NCBI GenBank assembly: GCA_028534125.1
Contig: CM052818.1
Coordinates: 22,756,001-22,820,000, forward strand
Length of the DNA: 64,000 nt
Source of the DNA: Lama glama
Taxonomy: Eukaryota
Reading direction: 5' to 3'
The notes beneath the pieces were generated by a model, which was not told where the DNA came from, ran no database searches, and was given only the letters and a program-made list of their open reading frames with translations. This document shows, in pieces, positions 12,973 to 24,685 of the stretch. Positions within the stretch are counted from its first letter, which is position 1; each line of letters starts with the position of its first letter. The translations under genes were made by a program, and so were the position numbers.

Positions 12973-13707
12973 AAAAAATGGACAAAGAAAAAGAAGACTT
13001 GAGTCTTATCAACCAATCTATTGACCTAAACAAACAAAAATGAAAAAAATGTTATAAAAGAAAAAAATGTGAAAACAAAACAGGTATTTGATGATACTAA
13101 TGTTTACAAAATCTTAAGTAATCAATGCATGCTAAAATAAGCTGGTTAAAATTTGACCAAGAACAAGATATATCCGTAATTGCCAACTATCTTCCCTCAA
13201 AATAACCTACTGAATGCAGAGGAACACCATGTTAGCCAAGTCATCAAACCCAACATCATCCACATAATTGGGTTTGTCCGAATACAATGTACTGAAAAGG
13301 ACACATCATCACCTCCATGGCATCCATACAAAAAACACAATCTGAATCTAAGTATGAGGAAACATTAGACACTCACAAATTGAGCCAACCTCAACAAAAT
13401 ATCTGGCCTGTTTTCTTCAAATATGTTAAGGTCCAAAGACACAAAGACTGATGAATTGGTTCCGTATCAAGGAGACATGACAATAAAACACAATGCGTGA
13501 GCCTGAATTTTATTCTAGACTAAGTAAAAATATATAGCTATGCAGCACACTGTTGAGACATGAAATGTGAATAAGGATTGTGAATGAGATAATAATCTTG
13601 TAAAAATACTAGGTTTTCTGAGATGTTTACTATATAGGGGTTTTTCCTTACATTTAGGAAAAACACACTTAAGTCTCTAACTTACTCTTAAATGGTCAGG
13701 GAAAAAA

Positions 13708-13739
<32 letters not shown>

Positions 13740-13742
13740 ACA
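13708..13742. repeat. (CA)n microsatellite
   Basis: Directly visible. Confidence 0.95.
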
Positions 13743-15640
13743 AAGAATGATAAAATGTTAACTGCTGAACCTGGGTAAAGGGCTTACTGGGTTCCTTGTA
13801 TATTCTAAGCACTTTCTGTAAGTTTGAATGAGGCCACATCTTTTAGGAATACCTGCTGAAATATTTACCAATGAAATAGTAAGACTTCTCTGATGAGCTT
13901 CAAAATAATGGGACGAGTAGGGGTCTAGAAGAATTAATTGGTCATGTATTAATAACTGTTAAAGCAGAATAATGTAAACATCAGGTGTATTATACTATTC
14001 TCTATACTTTTATATGTTTGAAATTTTCTGCAATAAAAAGTGTTAAAGAAGTCCACAATGAAGTTTCTCAAATGGAGAAACTAAGTTGCAAGAAAATTTA
14101 GTACCCACATTCAAGCGTAGTTTTGAAATCTAACATATGACACTCTATTAATCCTCCCTTAAAACCTCTTTATAAAGCATGAATCATTTAAGCAATTTTA
14201 TCCTCCCCACCTGAAGTTTTAGTCAATACAAACAGAAATATAGTTGATACCTTTAACTTCATTGTATGCAGACATACAGTTACCTTTGAGAGTAAAAAAT
14301 CAATAAAAAATGGAAGAAAATAGGTAAATGTAGACAGAAGTAATTGACCCAAAGAGATGATCTACAAATCGCTGAGGAGGTTAAAAAAAAAACAACTGGC
14401 ATTTATTAAGCACCCATTATGAGCCATTCCTTAGGTCATTTAAACCTCACATCAATGCTGGCATAATTTATCCCTTAATTTTTTTAAACATATATAATTG
14501 GAAATGAGGTGATTTTTTTCCAATCCCATTTTACAAATGAAGAAAATGCAGATGAGTAAGAATTTCAGAAATTTTCCCAAGGCAAGAAGTTAACTAGAAT
14601 CTAAACGCAGGTCTTTCTTTAAACTGCAGGACTACCATTATATAATTTGATTGATTAAGTCTCGTAAAATTTCATTTCTATGAGTCAATACTGAGAGCTT
14701 AACCAGTTCTCAAAAAAATGATTTTCTATATCTACAAGCCTCATAGACAGCACCAAGAGGCAGCCATGCTGAGATCCTCCATGAACAGTGAGTGAACAAA
14801 GCCCCTAACAATCTTTATAACTCACTACCTTTGCAACAACTTCAGAAGCTACATTAGAAGCTAAATTAAATCCAAACCTATGTGAATATAAATGAGACAT
14901 TCTATCTTTAAGTTTATGTCGTAAACAGTGAATAAAATCCAAATAATTTTGTATAGATACTTTAATAGCACATTCAATTTATAGATTCCAGCTATAGCTA
15001 AAATACCCAATTCATATATCATTTTAAAAAGCAATGTTTATGCTTCAATTAAAAAAAAAGTTAGGAGATTAGCAGCAGAATCAGAAAAAAAAAGGAAATG
15101 TTTTGGTCTCACACATGAGGAACAAATATGATTGCCCTGAATCTGTCAATACATAATTTGTAACTACTATAGAATAACCTATATCATCGTTAACATTACC
15201 TCTATGGAAATAGAAAGAGACTGAAAAACATTATGAAGTACAATAGAAAATATAGCAGGAATTTAATTTATGAGACAATCAATCTGCTTGGTTAAACTGG
15301 CGACACAGTGGAGGAATCATTCTCAGGCAGACACACAAGACAAACCTGTGTGTAAAATTGTGTCCCTTCCTCCATTACCAAAACATTTCAAAAGTTCAGG
15401 ATCCCCAAGACCAGAGTTTGACATATCACAGTATTAAATTGAAAAATACAAATACATATGGTCCTAGTGTCATTACATATTTTGTAGGATGAAAATGGCT
15501 TTCAAAATAAAGTACTCCCTTCTTAAAATTTAAATCACTTTTTAAATGTTGTTTAAAAAAAATCAAATGGGCTAAAGTATGTTAAAGCTGTTGGTGGTGG
15601 GAGAAGCACACAATAAAGATTAAACTATAAAGAAGTGCTT

Positions 15641-15790
15641 GGGGGGGAGGGTATAGCTCAAGTAGTAGAGCAAATGCTTAGCATGCAGGAGGTTCTAGGT
15701 TCAATCCCCAGTACCTCCTCCAAAATGTAAATAAATAAACCTAATTACACCCCCCCAAAAAAAAACTAAAAAATAAATAAACAATAAAAA
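15641..15790 (+). mobile_element. tRNA-Ala-derived SINE (camelid vic-1-like)
   Basis: Full head and tail. TSD aaagaagtgct / aaagaagcact. Confidence 0.88.
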
Positions 15791-16301
15791 AAAAGAAGCA
15801 CTCAGAGTTGCTACCTACAGGAATTTTCCATACCCAAATATCACTTTGTACTTCTTTCTCTGGCAAACTTTTTTTCCCCATACATACCAATACTATAAAC
15901 ATATAATAAATACTCAGAATTTTTTAAACTGTAATATAACCCAGTTGTTTCAGAGGGGAGATAAAAAATTCTCCAAAATACCAGTGAAGTATAAATTTCC
16001 TCATGTCCGACCTTCAAACTACCATGGAAAATGGGAGATGGCAAAACACTGCACTGACTGTCTGCTAAAGCCTATTTGCAAAGACTTCTATTTCAACATT
16101 TTGACTAATTAATGAACATATGATGCAACCTAAAATATATATATACTAAAACCAAGCACCACCCAAAACCTACTCCCATCTAAACTAAGAGGAAGACAAA
16201 TGGGAAAGCAAAAGGCAACAAAAAGGACTTTTCCTCATATCACAGAAAATAAAAGATTTAAAACATGTTTTAATTTTCCAAGATAAAGACAATTAACTTA
16301 C

Positions 16302-16395
16302 TAGCATGCTTGTCTGCAAGCATTATAAGCGTGTTGGAAATATCTCGTCGTCTATAAAAGCACACTACTTTTGCTTCCACGTTGCCAGTTGCAGT
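16302..16395 (-). CDS. MTA3: MTA3 coding exon 3 ([34 protein letters not shown] domain)
   Basis: 94 nt exon with a polypyrimidine tract plus AG acceptor and a GTAAGT donor. The [14 protein letters not shown] stretch matches MTA3 rather than MTA1 as I recall them, and the KCNG3 neighbour fits MTA3 synteny. Confidence 0.96.
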
Positions 16396-19300
16396 CTAAG
16401 AAATAAGAAAAATAAAAGTCATCTGTACTGAGTATTAGATTCAAGTAGTTTATAAAACAAAACTAGAGACAGCAAAATTATAAGATCACTGTCGGTTACA
16501 CTGTACCAACCACAACTGCAGGATAATCAGAGAGCTATAAAATTCAAATAAGGACAAGCAACATTTGTAAAGGTTCCAAGTGAAACTGAAATGTCAAACA
16601 TAAAATAACACACCGGCATCAATTAAACTAAAGTGATCAAACAGCTTTAATGACTAAAGCCAGACACATAGTTAAATCTGATTAGCCATAAGAAACTAGT
16701 CCCTCAAATTTCAAAAGCCACAACATAAGAGAGTTAAACATACGTCCTCAAAACCCACTTCCAGAGGCACAGGTTAAGTGTGCAATCACCCAGCCCTCTC
16801 CAAAACACCTCCATGTTTGACTGGTGGTGAAGCTCTGCAGGTGCAGGGCAGCCCTCACGTGGGTGTACTAGATAGCTTGGAAAAGTATCCTCAGCCCAAG
16901 GGAGCCTATGAATCCATATAGGTCAATATTCTTGGGAGTACTTAATTTACCTTCACATATGAAAGTATTAAAAACCCTGAGTTATGAACACTGAAGCCCT
17001 TATTTCTTTTTGACTACAGTCTACAATACAATCAATATTCAGTTAGCTTGTGAATTTACTGCAGCTGGGGCCTAGGCTCCTATTCTATTCTTTATGAATT
17101 CTGAGAGCTTTCAGGGTCAATCATTTCACTACAAAGTTCATTGTAAAAACACACAGATTACAATAATATGCTACTATGATTTCCAAATTCAAACAAATTT
17201 GAGAACAAATTTTCAGAATTTCTTTAGGCTTACAGATATATTCAGGCATAAAGAAATAAGAAAATATATGTGCTGCAGTAAATTTCTCAATTTTATGAAG
17301 TTCAGCGGCAGTATTTTAGAGTGAGAAATAATCTCGGAGAAATACTGCCCCTTATAATTGAAATCTTATTAAATCCTAACCAAAGTGCTTCTATATTTCA
17401 CAATATTGTGATCAAACACATCCTCCATCCAGCAATCTGCCAAATGAACAGGCCAATATTTCCATGTAAATAAAATCTATCAATTATTTCAATTTTAAGT
17501 GCTTTATCAGTTTCATCTTCTTGAGACAAAAGCATGTTAAAAACCCAAAACAAAGCAAGAATTTTAAGACATAAGTATTCTTTTTCTGTCTCACTGGTGA
17601 GTTCCTTCAGTAGGGGTACTCTATAAAGCTAATTAAATGCTTATTTAAACCTGCTTGGGGGGTGGATGGCATAGTTTAAAATACATATTCTCTTCTGAAC
17701 CATGTACACACTTGGCTATTAGGTAGCTTACAACTACAGTATCCCTCTTCTCTACAATACACACATACACACACACCCTTGAGCATTCCTCTAAAGGTGA
17801 GCTACTGAAATTGTGGTCCAAGGCCCAGTCCACAACAGTTACTGTGTAGTGAAAAGAGCACAGACATTAAGAGTAAGTGTATTATAGCATTTGAGAGTTA
17901 ATTTTATATCTATATTGAACCTAGTAATGAAAAAAGAAGGGCTTCTATTTTTATAAGACTACTTTAAATTTCATTGTTCTACTACTTTTTTAATAATTTT
18001 ACAAAAGCGGTCTGAGGTAGTGAAAATTCTTAAAAATCCTTCACCACAAATAGTTTAAGAAGCAAGCTCTGAAAACCTAGGTTAAATATTTTGTATATAT
18101 GAAGCCTGGTTATTCTTTCAACTCACCAAATTTCTTGTGCACTCTTCCTGTGAGCCCCACCACAAGCTAATCACCACGGATGCATGATGGCTGCCCTCAC
18201 AGAGCCTCCCTCCACTGCAGCAAGGATGTGTGCTCATCTGTCATCTCCTCTCCAGCCTTCCAGAGCCAGGTTGTCATCGTGCCCCTCACCCAGAAACCTT
18301 CACCAGTTCCCCACAACAGAGGCACAAAAGTAAAACATTCCTGACAAATTCTCAGCACTGTTTTCGTTTACTCCTTCCTTTCGCTTCCAGATTCCACTTC
18401 TCACTCACGTTGGGGAGGGCAAAAAAGCTTCAAAGAGAGAGAAAGTGGGCAGATGATCCCTAGCTAGCTAGAAAAGGAGCAAAGCCCACGAGGCGAAGCC
18501 TGGAGGACATAACAGTCTAAGAAAAAAGAAGACATGAGCAAAACCTACAGGTGGGAAAAGCAGGGACCAGTATAAAGAAGAACCTATGATCAACAGCAAC
18601 TTCTCTCCTGGGTTCTTATCTCCATTTAGGCCACAGCCTCTTAAATCTCTACTCTGTCAAACACATTTAATAAAACATCCTCCGGCAATAAGGGGCTTTT
18701 AGTGAACTTCATACTACCATCCGTTTCTATCCCAGACTTAGAAAGTACATTATTTTAAAAATTAAAAAAAAAAAAACCAAACACCTTTCCATTTCAGAAA
18801 GTTGAGCTAAAGAACAAATGGACTTTGTGTCATTTTTCTTATTTGGTTTAATTTACTTATTTTGCTATCTTGCATGCATCTTAAGGCATCATAAATCCTT
18901 TCTGAAACAAGTCAAAGAATAAAAGAAAAGGTAGATACTTTCAAAAAAAAAAGAACAAATGGAAAGGAACTTTCTTTTCCCAATTTCTGTCCTTATTTCC
19001 AATGGATCCTAAATGTTAGGAGAGGTTTTAACTTAAAAGGGCTTTTAAAGGATCTCCTAAAATTATGTGCAAATATAGACTGAGAGTGGGGGATTGGAAT
19101 AGAGGCTCAAAGAAGTTAGTGGCTACCCTCCCCCACCAAAAACTCCCCTAAACATTAAAATGAACTCAGTGCAAACTGGATGGCTGATAACATACACAGA
19201 ATTTGAAGATACATACAAATTATACAATATACATACCAAAAACAATAGCAAATGACATTAAATTTATCTACAAGCAGAACTTTCAGAACTTTCTGAGACT

Positions 19301-19879
19301 GTACCTTCATTATTATATGCACAAAGCTCTTTCAATGTGTGGACTCAGTCTTTAGAAGAGCAACACCCTATCTAGTTAGCGACTAAATAAAATTTACCAA
19401 GAAGCTGTTTACTGTTTTAACTTTATAAACTTCCTCCAAAAGATCTGAGCGAAAAATAGGGGAGAGAAAAAGACAATATAAACAATAAACAATGTTAAAC
19501 TGTGTTCATCAACCAATATTTAGTTTTGCACTTAAAAGTTGCCAGAATGAGACAAAAATTTATTTCCTTACTTTAAAAAAAAAATACTGTAATCCTGCTT
19601 TCCAAATGACCAAGTAACATTTCAAATAGGGTTTTTTAAAAAAAAAAAAAGGGCCCATGAATTTTCTATAAAAACGGTGACTGACAGCATATCCAAGGAA
19701 TTTCATTAAAAAAGAAACTTGTATTTAGAAAAAAGTTAATACAGTAGGTTAATGTCCCTTCTTCTCCTGTTTGATCAATTAGAATATACCACGTGTTCCT
19801 AAATTCATTATTTGGATTTCTCAATTATGTTACCTTTTCCCACTTAGCCAACTTGACCTCCGACCCTCTCAAGGGCCTT

Positions 19880-20200
19880 TCTGGAACTCCTGTGGCCCCT
19901 CTCCCATGGCGACCTCTTTCTCATCCTTTAGGCCTCAACTTCAATGTCCTTAAAGCTCCTCAAGGCTTTTTCAAAGGAAGTGACCTCTTATTCTCCAAGT
20001 CAAGGCTCTTGCTTAGCTCCTTTGTAGATGCTAACACCAGTTATCACTATTCATGCCTGTTAACATACTTTTCCACGTGTCTCCCTTATGAGAACACAGA
20101 CCCCGTGTGGGCAGAGATCACATCCACACTGGTCACTGTTGTATCTCTGAGCCTAGCATAGTTCGTGCTATGTTGTCAGTGCTCAGTATTTGTTTAATGG
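19880..20200 (+). mobile_element. L2 LINE 3' fragment
   Basis: gtcactgttgtatctctgagcctagcatag...gtgctcagtatttgtt is an L2 3' end. Confidence 0.55.
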
Positions 20201-20680
20201 ATTATTTAAAATAAGATATCTTTTTCACATCCCTTCAGAAATAAAGGTCCTATGTAAATATTTAGTACTTAATTAGCCAATCTCAGTTCCTTTTTACCAA
20301 TACTTCATGCATTCAAACTGCTATTCTCTAAAAGTAGAGTCCCCTCTCTCATAGTTCAGTCCTCCCCAGCCCCTTGAAGACAATTAGTATATTAATGACT
20401 CTTGGCTGAAAGCAGAGAGGCAGGGAGAAGGTGAGCATGTGGAGGATGGAAGGGACTTTTGAAGTAAATGGTAATATAATGATAAAGGTGTATGAAATGA
20501 TCCAGGTTCTAGCTAGATGTGCAACCCAGTCATTTAACTACAGTAGGCTTCACGACAACAGTCCATGATGCATTTGCCATTTTAAGTTTATTGTGAGGCT
20601 CAAAAAAGGTAACATAAATCCCAGATTCTATGCTTCCAGGATACCATGCCCTGACATTTATAAATTCAGCACAGCTGTAA

Positions 20681-20820
20681 TTTTCTTTTTTTTTTGGAGG
20701 GAGTGGTAATTTGTTTTATTTATCTATTTATTTATTTATTTTTAGAGGGGGTACTGGGAACTGAACCCAGGACCTCGTGCATGCTAAGCACAGACTCTAC
20801 CACTTGAACTATACCCTCCC
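20681..20820 (-). mobile_element. tRNA-Ala-derived SINE (camelid vic-1-like)
   Basis: Reverse-strand head GGGAGGGTATAGTTCAAGTGGTAGAG...GCTTAGCATGCACGAGGTCCTGGGTTC followed by an A-rich tail. Confidence 0.85.
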
Positions 20821-21171
20821 TGTCTTCCTGCTAATTGTGGGATTATTTGACTGATGTCAGTCTCCACCACTAGACCTATTTTTGTTCACCCTTCAGTTCC
20901 TAAAAGTGCATATCTGAAAGTGCCTGACAGGTACCAGATCCCCAGAAATATCTGTAAAATGAATTAGTCAAAGTACTTTGTAAACAGTAAAGCCATGTAC
21001 AAGTATTAACATCAGACATCTGAGGAATTCATTAATACAACAAACATTACTGAATGTGTTAACTATGTGCCAGTCACTATTCCAAGGCACTTGGGATGCA
21101 TTTGTGGACAGAAAAGATCACTATACACTTAGAACTTTTGTTCTAGTTTGGGAAAACAGGCAAGGAAAATA

Positions 21172-21657
21172 CAGGCACACCTTGTTTTACTGCACTGTGC
21201 TTCACTGCACTTCGCAGACACTGTGTTTTTCACAAATTGAAGGTTTATGGCAACCCTGGGTCGAGAAAGTCTATCAGTGCCATTTTTCCAATAGCATTTG
21301 CTCACTTTGTATCTGACACATTTTGGTAAACCTCACAATATTTCAAACTTTCTCATTATTATTATATTTGTTATGGTGACCTGTGATCGGTGATCTTTAA
21401 TGTTATGTTATGACTTTCTGAAGGCGCAGATGATGGCTGGCATTTTTTTTAAGCAATAAACTATTTTTTAATTAGGCATGCACATCTTTTCTTAGACACA
21501 ATGCTACTGCACACTTAACAGACTACACTATGAAAGTTAAAAACATAACTTTTATACGCACTAGGAAACTAAAAAATTCATGTGATTTGCTTTACTGCGA
21601 CATACTTTTTATTGCAGTGGTCTGAACCAAACCCACAATATCTCTGAGATGTGCCTG
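21172..21657. mobile_element. Tigger1-derived non-autonomous DNA transposon (nested in L2)
   Basis: TA|CAGGCACACCT...AGATGTGCCTG|TA terminal inverted repeats with a TA target duplication, and Tigger1 subterminal motifs. Confidence 0.85.
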
Positions 21658-22830
21658 TAAACACATTAAGTATATTTGAAGGTGATAAATGGTAAGAAAG
21701 AAAAGCAAGGTATGGGGGATTGGAAACAACTAGACAGTCTTAAGGTGGGTGCGTGTGAGAAACAGCCAAGAGTTCGCTGCACTTAGGGCCAAATGAACAA
21801 AGCAGCGAGCAAAGAATACAGGTCTCATAGGCCAATATTTCTCTTTGTATTCTAATGAACTTTCTAAATAAACTGATACAGTGAATAGCTTGGCGTTGCC
21901 TAAATTGTACCTTACATCAATAACAGAAAAGAAAAGCACATGAGAATGACACCTCAACAGATCCCCCTACAGATGATTTTATACTGAGGCCACCCTCTTC
22001 ATTTGGCGGTGATCTTAAATACTACAAGTTTTTAAAATGCAAGATCCCCAGGGTATCTCCAAAAATAAACCAAGATATTAAGGCTCATAAGCCAGGGATA
22101 CCTTGGCCAGACCTGGCCTTCTTGTACTCAGAACTGGACCAGTCTCCAGATGGCATTTTGAGGGAAAATTATTAGCTAGACAGCCCCAAACATTTTAACA
22201 ATATGAATTCTCACCAGCTACACAAATAATCCTCAACCATCAGAAATCTATGGCCCATGTCATTTATGACTGAATGCCTCCACGGTAAAAGCTGTTACTG
22301 CCAGTAGTCATAATGTTTCTGATGTCCTGGACACCTGTGATCAGGAACAAATCTTAATGAAAAGTTTTATTTACTTGGGCCTAAGGTACAAAAAGCCACT
22401 TTATGTTATACCAAAACTGTATTCTTATTAGTTAGCCTAGCCCAGAATTTTACAAATTCTCTTCAATATACTTCCTAACTTCCTCCTCTAAAGCTGAAAG
22501 AGGAAAAAATTCACTAAAAAGGGAGAAACACAAATTACGACTTCAAATATAAAAAAGGACTGAGTTACAGCAGTGACCTTCTCTGAGAAGCTCCAAGCAG
22601 TTTGAAGATATCTGCAGATGTTACATATTCAGTATTAGCATTTTAATACCAGAGGTCAAATTCTAAAAAGCAAAAGAATATTCAGAATCCTGCATAACTC
22701 TCTAATCTGAAATTTCTACTTTCAAGGAGGCTAGGATTGAAAGTAAAATCACCTCTTATACCCTTTACCCAATTACCCTTCAATGGAAAACAAATATCTT
22801 TTAATATTACAATCAATACTCAGTGTATAC

Positions 22831-22898
22831 CTTGTTGAGTTCTTCTATCCTTCTGATGAGGTATGGATTGCTGGAGGAATTCTCAAAGTAGACATAAT
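22831..22898 (-). CDS. MTA3: MTA3 coding exon 2 ([26 protein letters not shown] domain)
   Basis: 68 nt exon with AG acceptor at 22900-22899 and GT donor at 22830-22829. It continues exon 1 in frame. Confidence 0.97.
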
Positions 22899-24549
22899 CT
22901 GCAATTAAAGGAAGTAAAGAGCTTAATCTTTTCAAAGAAAGTTCACATTTGTCAATCTGTGACTTTTTATATTAGGTCATTCATATTCAAAATGAAGCAC
23001 GCCCGCAATTCATTCCCTGGTAAAAGCAAACGTAGTAACACTAACTTAATAAATTCCTTCATGTGCATACTATTCACAGACCCTTATTTTCCTGGTATTT
23101 TTCATTTCAATTAATGTTTTATTCAAGTTCTCCTAGACTCTGTCCCACACATGTCATTTCTTTAATAATAAACAAAAAGACACCTCTTATCATTGAGTCG
23201 TCAGGGCTGACTAAACTTGTCTTTTATACTGTAACTGCTTCCACATCTTTTCACTCCAATCCAATTTGCCCTGGAGTATGCTTCTCACATAAAACTATTG
23301 ACCTAAGACAAATTCAGAGCATCTTGAAAGGCTTAGCAGCCTAAAGTATACTTCAATCACAAACTTCAAAAAAAAAAAAAAATCAGGTGAGTAGAGCTGA
23401 CACACACAAACTTTTTCACACCTACGAAGGTGAGGGTGTGAAAAAAAAAGAGAGGGGTCACTTCCTGAGAGGCAGAGCTCTCTGGAGGTGACAGTAATCT
23501 TTTAAACACTTCTTCACTATATTTAATCCAGACCCATTTAGGGTTTTATTATAAACTGCTGCAGGCTTTCAACAAAAAAGATAAAAATTTTCAAGTGTGG
23601 CTTTTCCTCTCATCTAACAGGCTCACTGGAAACGTCCCACTGTGTGTTTATTTGAGAGGCTGGGCTGCATTGTTATTGTCTATCTCAGTGGCTCTCTCCG
23701 TCTCTCTTCTGCAAAGTGGCCTCATTTAGTCAGGCCATTCCCACCACCATCCATCAAAGGGCTCGGCTAATGAGCAGAGATGAGCCAGTCTCACACACAA
23801 ACACGCCACTTATCTGAATTATTATTTTACCAGGAAAGAGGGAGGAGGGCGTCGTGAGTAGGGAGAAAGTTTGTTTGACCTTATTTCTCTCTTCTGCAGA
23901 AGGCTGGGAAGGAGGCAGACAGCAGAGCAAACGTCCAGGCAGAGCTCAACTCCCTACCCGTGGCTGAGGTGCCCTGGCCCCACTAAGCTCCGTTCTTGGG
24001 GGAGAGGAGGGGTGGCTAGAGAAGAAACGGAAGGGGGAGTGACGAAGGAAAGGTGCAAGGCCCTGTCCCCACAAACAGGCCTAACCAGCTGGGCCCCCGG
24101 CTGGGCCCCCATCGCCCCCGCCCCCACCCCCACTCCCAATGGAGGGGAGGAGTAGAGGAGGGGGATGTTGCTCCCACCCTCTCCAACTACCTACTGCCTA
24201 GAAGCAACGCGAGAAAAGACCACCCTCTTAGGGGGCTCGACGGCCCCTACCCAAACGGGGTTTCATGGTGGGGGGGCGTCTAATAATTCATACCCCCAAG
24301 TGCAGGCCTGGCCCTAAAACCCTGGGCGGGGTGCGAGGGGGGTGTGGGTGGGTCCCGGTACCTCGCGGGCCACAGTGGGGGAGGGGGATAGTGGGGGTGG
24401 GCAGCCCCAGCCCCCCGCTGCGGGGCCCCCCGCCCCCTGCGCCCTCAGCCCGGGCGCCCGTGGCTCCCAGCGGTTAGGGTGAACTCGCCCCGACCCCCCA
24501 CTCCCGAAGCCCGCTCCCAGTCGGGCCGGGTCGGGCCGAGCCTTCCTAC

Positions 24550-24577
24550 CTCCGACCCGGTACATGTTGGCCGCCAT
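24550..24577 (-). CDS. MTA3: Metastasis-associated protein MTA3, coding exon 1 (MAANMYRVG + 1 nt)
   Basis: Reverse strand reads ATG GCG GCC AAC ATG TAC CGG GTC GGA G|GTAGG, the MTA-family N-terminus. It is 28 nt, phase 1, and lies in a CpG island. Confidence 0.97.
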
Positions 24578-24618
24578 GTCCGCCCGCCCGCCCGCGGAGC
24601 CCGAGCCGAGCCCCGCCC

Positions 24619-24685
24619 GCCGCTGCCGCCGCCGCCGCCGCCTCAGCCGCCGCCGCCGCCGCCGCCGCCGCTGCCGCCTCGCCGC
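24619..24685 (-). repeat. Interrupted GCC/CGG trinucleotide repeat in the MTA3 5'UTR
   Basis: Plus strand reads GCC GCT (GCC)6 TCA (GCC)8 GCT (GCC)2 TC GCC. Confidence 0.95.

Noticed and set aside
1..16301. MTA3 exon 4 (KEIEEESE...HRELFLSRQ)
   Set aside because: I could not find matching sequence by eye; it presumably lies left of the window.
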